Below are positions 26,598 to 35,880 of a stretch of 46,696 nt of DNA, in pieces (the stretch's first letter is position 1; the number at the start of each line of letters is the position of its first letter). The notes under the pieces are model-generated. The model searched no databases. It was given only the letters and a program-made list of their open reading frames with translations, and had not been told where the DNA came from. The position numbers and the translations under genes are program-made. This DNA is from a virus (lineage: Duplodnaviria; Caudoviricetes): the IMG/VR virus record IMGVR_UViG_3300005323_000059, positions 1 through 46,696 of that record; one strand, given 5' to 3'.

Positions 26598-28543
26598 AAT
26601 GCGCTTTCACGCCAGAAGATTGTTATGCCAACGTCAGTCAAGCCTTCTTCTGTGACCACGATTTGATTGACGCCCGGAACCAGCTTTAGCCAATAGTCTC
26701 TGGCCGTGTTGGTTGTTATGGCAGAGTTTGCGGGCGTGCCGTCATCATATATGTACGCGTTATTGCTCGCACAAAGAATATCTAACTCCTGTCCTATCCC
26801 CATAGTAAGGTCAATGTCGATGGATTCGCCGGTGGTTACATTCTCGATGGTCATATCAAGGCGATAGTTATCTTCCTCGGCGCGCATGGTCACTACCGGT
26901 ACTTTGGCAGTCGCAAGATTGAGCGTAAAGTCGTTCATTTCCGCGTATGCGGCATTATCAGCAATCGCAGATAGACCGCCGTACAAATCCCATTTGAAGC
27001 GCGTGTAAGTACCTCCCAAAGCAGACGTTCCGGCAAATGCAGTCCACGACCCCGCGTTGGTTGGGGTTCCAATGTTAACCACTTCGACATACTTATTCCC
27101 GGCGTTTGATTTTTGGATCCTGCGCAATTTCGGGTATGAGTTGGTTCCGCGATATGTTTCTCCGGCATAAATGATCTGCGTTCCACCAGCGGGATGATAT
27201 AGATTCCATTCCAATACACACGATTCGGCCTGCGCTCGGCTCCCGACCGAATATCCGATAGCGGCCATGCCCATTTCGGTGTATGGGTCGGTATCTTTTG
27301 TGCCTTGATTTCCACCATAGGTATAGGATTCTTTGCCGCGCGTGGAAACTACGGACGGGAACCACTGCAACGGGCGTAATCCGTCAATCTCCCCGAACAC
27401 AGCCCATTTGTGCGAAATATTATTCGAATCCGTAAGGCTGATCGCCGGCTCATAATTATCATCTTGGTCTGGCGCAATGGCGGACGCGTTGCCGTACATC
27501 AAATACGCATCGTGTTCGATGTACAAAAGTGTTCCTTTGGCCGCTGCTGTGCCAATGGGCGAGTTTCTGGTTCCCCTGGTGATTCCGGTTACTTTCCAGC
27601 TTTTCGGTTCAACAGCAGAGTAATAGATATATTCAGTTCCGGCGGTTTTCAATATGCCGGAGGATGGGAGCTTTACCAGAGCATTGTAGTTATTTTTCTT
27701 GGCTTCCCTGGTGCTTTTGTCAAATTCAATAGCGTCCGGCGTTGTCGTTCCCAGCGCAGACGCGAGAGTTAGTTCTACTTTTGGTTGTAATGAAATGTTT
27801 GACCAAACTTTGGTAGTTCCGGTATTGAAATTTCCAAACCATCTATCAACTTCCGTGTTATCCAGGACAAGGCGCACGTCATAACCGGATGCGCTTGAAA
27901 TCGTGCCTCCTGCCACCAATGCGGACGAAGCCCACGAAGCAGTACCCGAACCGTTGTCAACGATGTTGAGCGGATATGAAACGTAAGCGATTTCATCGGA
28001 CGGGTTGTAAATTTCTATGAATCTTTTTACCGCATATCCACCAGACTTGGCACCGCCCGGAATAATGTTTATCTCCGGGTAGGCAATCCTGTTTCCACCG
28101 ACAGTTCCCAAAACAGTGCCGGGCGAAGCTGTTGCTGATAGGGCTGCGCTGCTACTATCTACCGCCCGCCAAATCGGGTCAGCGGCATATAAAACATACT
28201 CGGCATTGTTCGGGCCGTAATCAATCTGTTTTTGCACGACCGCATTGACGTACCATTGTTTATTGTTTTCATCCTTGACTACAAACGCGTGCATGGTTTT
28301 GTCGGTTGTGTCAAGTATCCCGTTCAGGGTGTCGATCAATCCGGTAGCCGTACCTATCTGTACTTGTAACGGGAGCAATTTGGATTCAAATTCTTTTCCG
28401 GCGTATTCAGGAAAGTTATTTGTTCTTTCGACCTCGATGATATTTGTGGACGGGATTAACTGCCCCTCTGTTTCCAGCGTGGGCGTAAAATTGGCGTTGT
28501 TTATCGTTGCGCCGTTATAGGTGAATGGTGTGTATGTTTTCAT
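26594..28543 (-). CDS. Distal tail protein (Dit) with large insertion
   Basis: AADPIW N-domain and LKLVPGVNQI C-terminal Dit motifs; 649 aa. Confidence 0.65.
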   Translation of the reverse strand: MKTYTPFTYNGATINNANFTPTLETEGQLIPSTNIIEVERTNNFPEYAGKEFESKLLPLQVQIGTATGLIDTLNGILDTTDKTMHAFVVKDENNKQWYVNAVVQKQIDYGPNNAEYVLYAADPIWRAVDSSSAALSATASPGTVLGTVGGNRIAYPEINIIPGGAKSGGYAVKRFIEIYNPSDEIAYVSYPLNIVDNGSGTASWASSALVAGGTISSASGYDVRLVLDNTEVDRWFGNFNTGTTKVWSNISLQPKVELTLASALGTTTPDAIEFDKSTREAKKNNYNALVKLPSSGILKTAGTEYIYYSAVEPKSWKVTGITRGTRNSPIGTAAAKGTLLYIEHDAYLMYGNASAIAPDQDDNYEPAISLTDSNNISHKWAVFGEIDGLRPLQWFPSVVSTRGKESYTYGGNQGTKDTDPYTEMGMAAIGYSVGSRAQAESCVLEWNLYHPAGGTQIIYAGETYRGTNSYPKLRRIQKSNAGNKYVEVVNIGTPTNAGSWTAFAGTSALGGTYTRFKWDLYGGLSAIADNAAYAEMNDFTLNLATAKVPVVTMRAEEDNYRLDMTIENVTTGESIDIDLTMGIGQELDILCASNNAYIYDDGTPANSAITTNTARDYWLKLVPGVNQIVVTEEGLTDVGITIFWRESAL

Positions 28544-30060
28544 GCCCTCAATTGCTCCGAAAGGTTGGACATCTTATAGCTCTTGTCCAGTTGAAAAGTT
28601 ACTGGCCCATAGAATTTGTTAACCGCCCCCTCGCTGTTAACCGACTTGTTCCCGGCTGGCGTTACGTCCACCCTCTCCCCGCTGGATACCCAAAGCGGCA
28701 TACCATCATTCGAGAATCCGGGCGGGACAACGCCGCCGTGAGCCATGCCGATGAATGAACCGCCGTGCATGCTGCCACTTTGCTGACTTTGCCATTCATA
28801 ATATTGCCCGTACCAGCGGGCAGCTTCAGCGGACATTGATTTGGTTCTCTGTTCAATTTCGATGATGATCTTTTTGTAAGATGGCATCGCATTAATAGCG
28901 TCTGCCAATGACTTGCTGGATTTCCACGCTTGCTCTAACATGGAATCAAAATCGCCATAGTCTTTAATAGAATCTGAAATGGTTTGTTGGCTTGTTGATA
29001 ATTCAATTTTTATGTCACCAAAAATACCAACCATGTTTTGGGCTTCTTCTGCCGCCTTTCTATATGCTTCCGCTTGCGCCGTCCATCTTTCAGATTCGGC
29101 AAATTCTCCGCGAGTTAAATAATCAGACGGTTCAATTCCCATTCTGCGATCATATCCAGAAACCCCGCGACTTACTGCCTTTATATACGAATCATAACTA
29201 TTCGATAAAAATGCGTATGATTTGGCTTGTTCATTAATTTGTTTGAGTTCTGCCCCGGATGCAATGAACGGAACAAATGTATAGGCCGCGCCGGTTTTTA
29301 CATTATTCCAAAATTCCTCAACGATGGTATTTAATCTCTGATAGGGGGTTGAAATGTCGGCAACCAGCCCCCCTTGTTTTGCCAATTCAGAATTCCCCTC
29401 TTTTAGAATCTGCTCAAACAAAGCGCGGACTTTCATATCATCGGTTAGAGCATCAACGGACATCCCAAGAGAATCCGCGTATTCCTTGTTGGCCGAAATT
29501 GCGTTGGCGGTGAAACCGAGATCATCCAGTATCTTTGTGCTTCTGCGACCTATGCCTCTTGTGATGCGATCAAAAGCATCCTCTGTGGTAAGTCCAAATG
29601 CGCGCCCGCGCTCAATGGCAATTTGCATTAGTTGGGAGATTTCCGTGGCGTTGGTAGTAATGCCCATCGTCAACGCGAGATTCGCGCCTTTCATGATGTC
29701 GTATTGGCTGATGGTATTGAATGAGGCTTTTTTTGTCGCGGCAACAATATCTGCCATATTCGCGTCATAGTTTTGCGCGAGCTTGCTTGATGCTTGCGAC
29801 AAACTTAATAATTGCGCGCCCTCTTCTGAAAACTGAAATACCTCTGCCGCGATTTTTGCGGCAGAAACTATAGCGCCAATGGAAGATGCAACGGCCATTA
29901 TAGATGGAATCATGTCAAGAAAAGAGGCGTTTGAAACGGCGGTGGATTTAGCCGCCTCTTTTCCAATGCTGTTCAATGAATTTTTAGCATCTTGCGTAGC
30001 CGCTTTCAGCCCCGAAGCATCCCCGCCAATATCAGCCCATACTCTACCGATTAGACCCAT
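28540..30060 (-). CDS. Tape measure protein
   Basis: Ala-rich helical, GIGRRSTKILDDLG motif, C-terminal AHGG...SSGERVDVTP; after TAC. Confidence 0.85.
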   Translation of the reverse strand: MGLIGRVWADIGGDASGLKAATQDAKNSLNSIGKEAAKSTAVSNASFLDMIPSIMAVASSIGAIVSAAKIAAEVFQFSEEGAQLLSLSQASSKLAQNYDANMADIVAATKKASFNTISQYDIMKGANLALTMGITTNATEISQLMQIAIERGRAFGLTTEDAFDRITRGIGRRSTKILDDLGFTANAISANKEYADSLGMSVDALTDDMKVRALFEQILKEGNSELAKQGGLVADISTPYQRLNTIVEEFWNNVKTGAAYTFVPFIASGAELKQINEQAKSYAFLSNSYDSYIKAVSRGVSGYDRRMGIEPSDYLTRGEFAESERWTAQAEAYRKAAEEAQNMVGIFGDIKIELSTSQQTISDSIKDYGDFDSMLEQAWKSSKSLADAINAMPSYKKIIIEIEQRTKSMSAEAARWYGQYYEWQSQQSGSMHGGSFIGMAHGGVVPPGFSNDGMPLWVSSGERVDVTPAGNKSVNSEGAVNKFYGPVTFQLDKSYKMSNLSEQLRA

Positions 30061-30259
30061 GCCTGTCCTTTAGTGATTTAATGGCTTTCGCCTTGCCATC
30101 TTCAATCTGCAAATATTCATGAATCCTGCTCAATGGCAGGCTCTCAACGTAATCAATAGTCCATCCAAACTTTTCAGCCATTGTCCACGTCAATAGCTCA
30201 AATGGCTGTGAATCCCCCCACGCCAGCGCGTTATATACGCGTTGGCTTAGGTAGGGTTT
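30044..30259 (-). CDS. Tail assembly chaperone -1 frameshift extension (G-T type)
   Basis: Open -1 frame from A-AAC-CCT encoding ...MAEKFGWTIDYVESLPL..., fills gap before TMP. Confidence 0.7.
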   Translation of the reverse strand, partial: KPYLSQRVYNALAWGDSQPFELLTWTMAEKFGWTIDYVESLPLSRIHEYLQIEDGKAKAIKSLKDRHGSNR

Positions 30260-30522
30260 GTTAGCGGCTGCGCCCCCGCCTTGATAAAGGCATCAACAAG
30301 AATTCTGTAATTCGGCCACTCCATAGCGGAGAGTTCTTCCGGTTTCAACCCGGTAGACTTTGACACAATTCTGTATTCTTCATCATCGGTTGTTCCGGGC
30401 TTCAGTACGGTTTTCCATTCCTGGGTTGACACTTTCATCAAGTCAATAACTACGGTTTGACCAGATAGTAATTCAACCGTAACCTTAAAGTCGTTAGCCA
30501 CCTTATATTTTTCTTCAGCCAT
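30247..30522 (-). CDS. Tail assembly chaperone
   Basis: 91 aa between tail tube and TMP, ends ...NPT. Confidence 0.75.
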   Translation of the reverse strand: MAEEKYKVANDFKVTVELLSGQTVVIDLMKVSTQEWKTVLKPGTTDDEEYRIVSKSTGLKPEELSAMEWPNYRILVDAFIKAGAQPLTNPT

Positions 30523-30541
30523 TCATGCCTCCCATAATTGA

Positions 30542-30967
30542 TTAAGTAGCCGTGCCGTCACTGCGAGCGCCGTTTTGCTGCCCGTTGGCAGTAACTTCAA
30601 CCACATTGTCATACGGCCACGAAAACGCCGCGCCCTGTGCAATACTCGGTAAAGCGATCTTCGATTTTCCGGCGGCAGTTCCCTCCGGGTAGATTTCCAG
30701 AGTTCCGATGTTGCCCTCTGACAAGGTGCTGAATGTTGCCGTTCCGCCGGCGTTGGTTCCGCCTTGCATGTTGGCGTTGAATGTCCACGTCCCGTCTTTT
30801 ACACCGGGAATATAGGACTTGTTGGTGGCTGCCCCGGCCGTCTTGTCAATCAGATTGATTGACGGCGTATAGGTGCAGCTTTTGTGATCACCCGTTAGCG
30901 TGGTGGTGGCGGCTGCCTGAACCCATTTACACACCAAAGATGACCCTGCGAATGTGTTATCGTTCAT
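30542..30967 (-). CDS. Major tail (tube) protein
   Basis: YIPGVKDGTW...IYPEG...YDNVV pattern; synteny. Confidence 0.75.
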   Translation of the reverse strand: MNDNTFAGSSLVCKWVQAAATTTLTGDHKSCTYTPSINLIDKTAGAATNKSYIPGVKDGTWTFNANMQGGTNAGGTATFSTLSEGNIGTLEIYPEGTAAGKSKIALPSIAQGAAFSWPYDNVVEVTANGQQNGARSDGTAT

Positions 30968-30979
30968 TTTTGTAGCTCC

Positions 30980-31390
30980 TTAACTTGTTTTTCCGATTCT
31001 TAATCTGTAATAACCGCCGGCCATCCATACCTTTTCGCCGGATGGAAGATTGTCGATATTTTCTAAATCCTGTTCGCGGCATAGCCAAAAATTATTCCAG
31101 CCGGTTACGGTCAGCGTTCCGGCATGTAGAAGAGCGTCTACTTGGGCGTCTATTGAACCGGCGGCCAGCGCGCTTACATTCGAATATCCGCGCACAAATA
31201 CCAGGTTATTCTTCCTGCGGATTGGCGTTTGATTTTCATCGCCTCCGGCTGCATGGCTGAATACCACGTAGGGCAGGGTGGCATTATCCGGCGCTTGCAA
31301 ATGATATATTGAGGTCGTCCCTGCCAATAACGCAGTGAGCGCCGTTCCAGCGGATAACTTGGAGTAAATAGCGGTATTAATCTCGTTCAT
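30980..31390 (-). CDS. Tail terminator (DUF3168 / gp17-like)
   Basis: AIYSKL...APDNATLPYVVF. Confidence 0.75.
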   Translation of the reverse strand: MNEINTAIYSKLSAGTALTALLAGTTSIYHLQAPDNATLPYVVFSHAAGGDENQTPIRRKNNLVFVRGYSNVSALAAGSIDAQVDALLHAGTLTVTGWNNFWLCREQDLENIDNLPSGEKVWMAGGYYRLRIGKTS

Positions 31391-31728
31391 ACGTCAATCA
31401 ACGGTTTCCATGTTTCGCCCGATAAAAATTGGCTTGCGACAGATTCAATTGCCGGCGAAAGGAACGGATGCGCGGCCATCTTGTAAGTTCCAAGTTCCTG
31501 ATAGATGTCATAATCAGCATCTGATTGAACCCGCGCCAGCGCCTGTTCGATCATGGTTGTCTGCAAGCTATCCCTAAGCCATCCGGTATCAACCGGCGCA
31601 AATCCCTTAGCTAATCCCTCAACCGCGAACCCAAACCCCTGCACGATTTCGGGGGTTTTCATGTCGCAATTTAGCCTGATTTTTTCAAGTCCGGCTGTGT
31701 CAGTTCTTACTTGTATGGTTATCTGCAT
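31387..31728 (-). CDS. HK97 gp10-like tail completion protein
   Basis: APVDTGWLRDS...YQELGTYKMAAHPFLSPA. Confidence 0.85.
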   Translation of the reverse strand: MQITIQVRTDTAGLEKIRLNCDMKTPEIVQGFGFAVEGLAKGFAPVDTGWLRDSLQTTMIEQALARVQSDADYDIYQELGTYKMAAHPFLSPAIESVASQFLSGETWKPLIDV

Positions 31729-32102
31729 TATGTTTTCTCCACAACGCAGCGCTTCGAGGCGATCCAGCTTTTACCACTATCTACGCTGGTTACGTTGTAA
31801 ATCACGCCATCTTTATCTTTGAACCTGTTTTCAGTTGTGATGGTAGCCCCATAAGGCAGGGTCAGCATAAAAGTATGGAATGGCTGAAGCGCTCCAGCAG
31901 TGATTTTTTCACCGGAACTTAACATTGTCATTACTTTTGCATCAAGTCTGTAAGTAGTCGTTCCGGCCGTTCCAACCGATTCTGATTGCCCGCCCGCGCC
32001 ATTAGCTGTTCCCGTAACAGATAAGATATATCCGGTATCTGGCAGAAGATCAGAGACATCGTTTCGAATGGCGGTCAGTTCGGTATCACTTAACAAACTC
32101 AT
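31728..32102 (-). CDS. Head closure / stopper protein
   Basis: Synteny; NGAGGQ and TLPYGATITTENRF pattern. Confidence 0.6.
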   Translation of the reverse strand: MSLLSDTELTAIRNDVSDLLPDTGYILSVTGTANGAGGQSESVGTAGTTTYRLDAKVMTMLSSGEKITAGALQPFHTFMLTLPYGATITTENRFKDKDGVIYNVTSVDSGKSWIASKRCVVEKT

Positions 32103-32674
32103 GTCGTGTCGTCCCTGTCAAACTGGATTTTCTTCATGCGCCCCATTCCGGCATAGTAGTCCGCCATCATGGTATCGTTTTTTATCAACTGCCCTTTTTT
32201 GATGCTCATGTTATCGGTTGACCAGTCTATACTTACGGCATGATGTCCGGCTTTCATTCTCCACACATCGGCAGCGGCGCGGTTCACGTCATAGGAATAT
32301 CCGGTCAGATAGTACGGGGTTCCGGCTGTGTCAGCGGCAAAAGTGAGTACGCCATTGACGTAGTCCATTGACCAATTGGTTGTCCCGATGGTAGACCCGA
32401 CAGAATCTTCAATTTCGAATATGGCAGTGCCACCGCTGGTTTCTTCATAGTTCCCATATTGGGAACGGTATTCTTTATAGACCAGCGTCCCACCGACATA
32501 CGATTCAAACGATAGCAATTGTTCGCGCAGAACGGTTAATTTATTGCGATCAAGCACGGTTTGAAGTTGGTTATCAGACCAGTATGAGGTTGTGCCAACG
32601 GTGTAGTCCGCGGTTCCTGCGATAGTGTAATCCCGCAGCAGGCTGATTAAATTTGTCATTCCGGTTCGTGCCAT
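32099..32674 (-). CDS. Head-tail adaptor protein
   Basis: WSDNQLQTVLD...DVNRAAADVWRMKA; synteny. Confidence 0.6.
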   Translation of the reverse strand: MARTGMTNLISLLRDYTIAGTADYTVGTTSYWSDNQLQTVLDRNKLTVLREQLLSFESYVGGTLVYKEYRSQYGNYEETSGGTAIFEIEDSVGSTIGTTNWSMDYVNGVLTFAADTAGTPYYLTGYSYDVNRAAADVWRMKAGHHAVSIDWSTDNMSIKKGQLIKNDTMMADYYAGMGRMKKIQFDRDDTT

Positions 32675-32675
32675 A

Positions 32676-33335
32676 TCAAACCCTATAATCCAGATGGTCG
32701 TTTATCAACTTTTCTTTCATTTGCAAAAATCGCTCGTGCATTGGTACACCATGCCAACCAACCACAACTGGCTTTTCCACCATGTTCACATTTACAGTCG
32801 CATTCCACTTGTCGTCAATGACAGTAACTGCGCCGGGTAGTTCTTCCATCAACTTATTGAATGCGCCCTGGTCAGCCCAGCGTTTCGGCCCCGGCCAGCT
32901 ATCAAACCACTTATCAACAAAAGTCTTTGTTAAGTCGGTATTCCTGAAATAAAGCACGCCGACATTGATATGTTTATCGATCTTGTTCTGTTTCAGCCAG
33001 ACCGACTTAGCAGGGTCATGCACGCACCCGCCGATTCCGGTACAGGCTTCCCTTAGATCAGTTTCAAAGTCCACAATGGCTGCGTCAACGTCCAGCCAGA
33101 TAACGTATTCGTAATCTTGCAGGGCTTCTTTTACCAACCCGACTTTAGCCCATGCGCCGGATTCCCCGGTCATTTTCGGGTATTTGCCGCCCTGTAATGA
33201 CCAGTAGTCGATATTGTGGGCTGCGCAGTAAGCCGAATGTCGTGAGTAAGTAAGTCTCTGCATGTCAACAAACGTTGGACCAAAGACGTTATTATTCGAA
33301 TAGGTGTGCTGGATCAAAACCGCATTGTTTATCAT
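32676..33335 (-). CDS. GT-A glycosyltransferase (GT34/Mnn10-like)
   Basis: WAKV...WLDVDA (DxD), NVGVLYFRN, DQGAFN. Confidence 0.8.
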   Translation of the reverse strand: MINNAVLIQHTYSNNNVFGPTFVDMQRLTYSRHSAYCAAHNIDYWSLQGGKYPKMTGESGAWAKVGLVKEALQDYEYVIWLDVDAAIVDFETDLREACTGIGGCVHDPAKSVWLKQNKIDKHINVGVLYFRNTDLTKTFVDKWFDSWPGPKRWADQGAFNKLMEELPGAVTVIDDKWNATVNVNMVEKPVVVGWHGVPMHERFLQMKEKLINDHLDYRV

Positions 33336-34516
33336 TGGCGCACCTCCGCGACTTCCTGGTATCTTTTGGCTTCTTCTTGCATCCGCTTTTCAATGTCTAC
33401 AATAGTCGGCAGCAAATGTTTATCAAAAACGACTTGTGCGTCGTAGTTGTTGACCATGCCTTTGCGTGCCGCGTCCCTGGATGATGGTTTGGCGTATTCG
33501 AGATATAGTTTTCTCTCAATCGCCTCAACCTTTGCGATAAACTGGTTGCTCGCAATTCCCGTCCAGATCGGGACAGCATCCGACTTTTCGATAACGTGTC
33601 CAGAATGCACCAGTTCCGGCATGGCAGTCCATCCACCAACAATTACGGGGCATCCACATGCTTGCGCTTCGATGATCGGGATCCCGAAGCCCTCGCCCAT
33701 TGAAGCCAGCAAATGCACATCCATTGACGAATAAATAGCCGCCATGATTTCATCAGAGAACCCCAACATCATGTTGTATGGATTGGGAAGCAGAACGTCT
33801 TTTCCGTATCTCAATCCTAACAACTGGCATATTTCTGGAATGTTCACGCCGCCCAGTCCATCCCGTCCGGTTCCCTCTTGTGTATGCAGGTAATAAATCG
33901 CATCGGTGTGTTTCCGCTTGAAGTTTGCGAACGCCTTTAGCATGTCGGGGAAGTTCTTGCGTGATGGCTGCCCCTTGTTCATGGCTACGGTTCCAACAAT
34001 CCAGGCATCCTCTGGAAAGCCCATGATCTTGCGTGCTTCTTTTTTGTCTATTGGTTTGTAAATGTTCGTGTCAACGCCGTGCGGAACATAATAACAATCC
34101 AGCCCGGCCTTGTGGGATTCTTCGACCCCAAACTTGCTCATGGCAATCCGGTAATTTGCCCGCGCAATTGCTTCGCGTACTTTTCCCGGCATTGGTTCGT
34201 GATCGACCGGATACCACGCAATCCACTTGAACGGCTGGAAGCTCTCCGGCGTTATCACCCACGTATCCATCAGGGTGAAAATCGCATCCGCCCCGATGTT
34301 AGCTGCGTGGGCATTGGCAATATCCATTCCATACGGATGTTGGGCTTTTGGAAGGTGCAGTACGCCATTGTAATTAAATCCGCCACCCTCCAAGCCATAA
34401 TATCCAAGTACAGTGGTCTGGTGTCCGGCATCAATCAAGCGCTTTGCAAACATATTGGTTTGCACGCCGTATCCGGTTTTCGTCCAGGCCGCGTTGCTGA
34501 TCCAAAGTAATTTCAT
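33332..34516 (-). CDS. GT-B glycosyltransferase, GT4 family
   Basis: TGYG N-motif, VPHGVD, RKNFP, EGFGIPIIEAQACGCPVI. Confidence 0.9.
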   Translation of the reverse strand: MKLLWISNAAWTKTGYGVQTNMFAKRLIDAGHQTTVLGYYGLEGGGFNYNGVLHLPKAQHPYGMDIANAHAANIGADAIFTLMDTWVITPESFQPFKWIAWYPVDHEPMPGKVREAIARANYRIAMSKFGVEESHKAGLDCYYVPHGVDTNIYKPIDKKEARKIMGFPEDAWIVGTVAMNKGQPSRKNFPDMLKAFANFKRKHTDAIYYLHTQEGTGRDGLGGVNIPEICQLLGLRYGKDVLLPNPYNMMLGFSDEIMAAIYSSMDVHLLASMGEGFGIPIIEAQACGCPVIVGGWTAMPELVHSGHVIEKSDAVPIWTGIASNQFIAKVEAIERKLYLEYAKPSSRDAARKGMVNNYDAQVVFDKHLLPTIVDIEKRMQEEAKRYQEVAEVRQ

Positions 34517-34518
34517 GT

Positions 34519-34603
34519 TCTCCCTTTCATGTCTCCCTTAGAAAGCGCGGGAAAAGCGGCGGGAGGATTCCGCTTTGTCGGCCACGTGAGCCTATCCCCG
34601 CGC
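34519..34603 (-). promoter_or_regulatory. Structured 5' leader of GT4 gene with anti-SD loop
   Basis: GCGCGGG/CCCGCGC closing stem, GGC/GCC and AAAGCGG/CCGCTTT arms, loop CCTCCC complementary to two downstream GGGAG. Confidence 0.5.
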
Positions 34604-34610
34604 ATTTCGA

Positions 34611-35012
34611 TTATTTACCCATTACGTACTGCACGGAGCAGTTAAGTATGGGAATATCGGCGCTCGCGGCAGTCTGCTTCCACTGCGCGAAAACGCCGTA
34701 ACCGGCATCCACGAAAGCAGTCGAAACAGTTCCAACGCGCGAAGTACCCGCCGTCCAGTTTGCTGAACCTAACACGCTGGTGATTGTGCCATTCAGCACC
34801 CCGGCTGATGTTTTGGTAACCAGCTCAAAAACAGGGGCGGAAGCAGCGGTCAGTGCAATATTCGAACAAAAATCAACGCGGGTGATGGTAATGCCACCGC
34901 CCACCGCATCAGTCGGCGCATAGAAGCCAAAAATGGTTGTGGTTCCTACGGCCATAGTTCCCGGCTGACTCAACAGCGGGATGCAAACATTCATTACATT
35001 AGCGTTTCCCAT
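34611..35012 (-). CDS. Putative capsid decoration protein
   Basis: 133 aa, T/S/A/G-rich, immediately after major capsid gene. Confidence 0.5.
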   Translation of the reverse strand: MGNANVMNVCIPLLSQPGTMAVGTTTIFGFYAPTDAVGGGITITRVDFCSNIALTAASAPVFELVTKTSAGVLNGTITSVLGSANWTAGTSRVGTVSTAFVDAGYGVFAQWKQTAASADIPILNCSVQYVMGK

Positions 35013-35022
35013 TATTCACCTC

Positions 35023-35865
35023 TTAGCTGTATGCGTTCTTGAATATTCCATACACACCAAAGGTCGGGCGGTATAGTCCATAACCGTAAACCATCGAGGC
35101 ATTAAGCTCGTAGCCACGCCGTGAAGGATCGCGGTCAGGCTCAATTCTGAACGGTCTGCGAATATCAAGCCCAATTGCAGCGCGGGAGAACATGCCCGCG
35201 TAGGCATCGGTTGAAGATTCCTCGCAGTTCTCGGTTACGTAGATTTCAACGCCAGCCACGTTACCAACATAGAAGTTATCGGCCAGCGCGTTCTGTTTTG
35301 CGGGAGCGTTGGTAACGGTTGCCCCAACAGATGCAGCCTTGCCAAGCGAGAACCAGTGGGCGGGCTTGCAAACAAACACATAGGGCATCGGCGCGTATTT
35401 GGTGCGCAGTTTGCTCATCAACTCAAAGAAGTACGCCCAGGTTGCCAGCGATCCTGACGCCCCAGCCGAGCCCCCAGTAAAGCTGTTGAACAGTCCGCAC
35501 AAATTGACATCAACGTGATTGCCCATGCCGGCACCAAGTTCCTGCGCGGCATCCTCGCGAACGGCATTCCAGTCGGAAGCCACGCGCTGATCGGTCAGGA
35601 AGTATTGCGCGCCGTATTCTGCGGGAGTGATCGTGCCGAGAATTGACGGGGTGAATGCCTGCGAGGTCATATCGTCAGATTCACCTAGCGTATTGATGGT
35701 TACGGCAGAGTATTGGTAAAACTTGCGGTCTTCCGACCCTTCCGCAGAGAAGGGCGTTACAAGACCGGCCATGACATTATTATCGCGTGCCACAGCCAGA
35801 GAACGTTCCAGGATGGGATTTACGATAGTGCTAATGTCACTAAATGTATTAAGTTGAACAGTCAT
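35023..35865 (-). CDS. Major capsid protein (HK97 fold)
   Basis: 280 aa after scaffold; G.VAGVEIYVT and IEPDRD...YGYG pattern. Confidence 0.8.
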   Translation of the reverse strand: MTVQLNTFSDISTIVNPILERSLAVARDNNVMAGLVTPFSAEGSEDRKFYQYSAVTINTLGESDDMTSQAFTPSILGTITPAEYGAQYFLTDQRVASDWNAVREDAAQELGAGMGNHVDVNLCGLFNSFTGGSAGASGSLATWAYFFELMSKLRTKYAPMPYVFVCKPAHWFSLGKAASVGATVTNAPAKQNALADNFYVGNVAGVEIYVTENCEESSTDAYAGMFSRAAIGLDIRRPFRIEPDRDPSRRGYELNASMVYGYGLYRPTFGVYGIFKNAYS

Positions 35866-35880
35866 GTTTCCTCTTGATTA

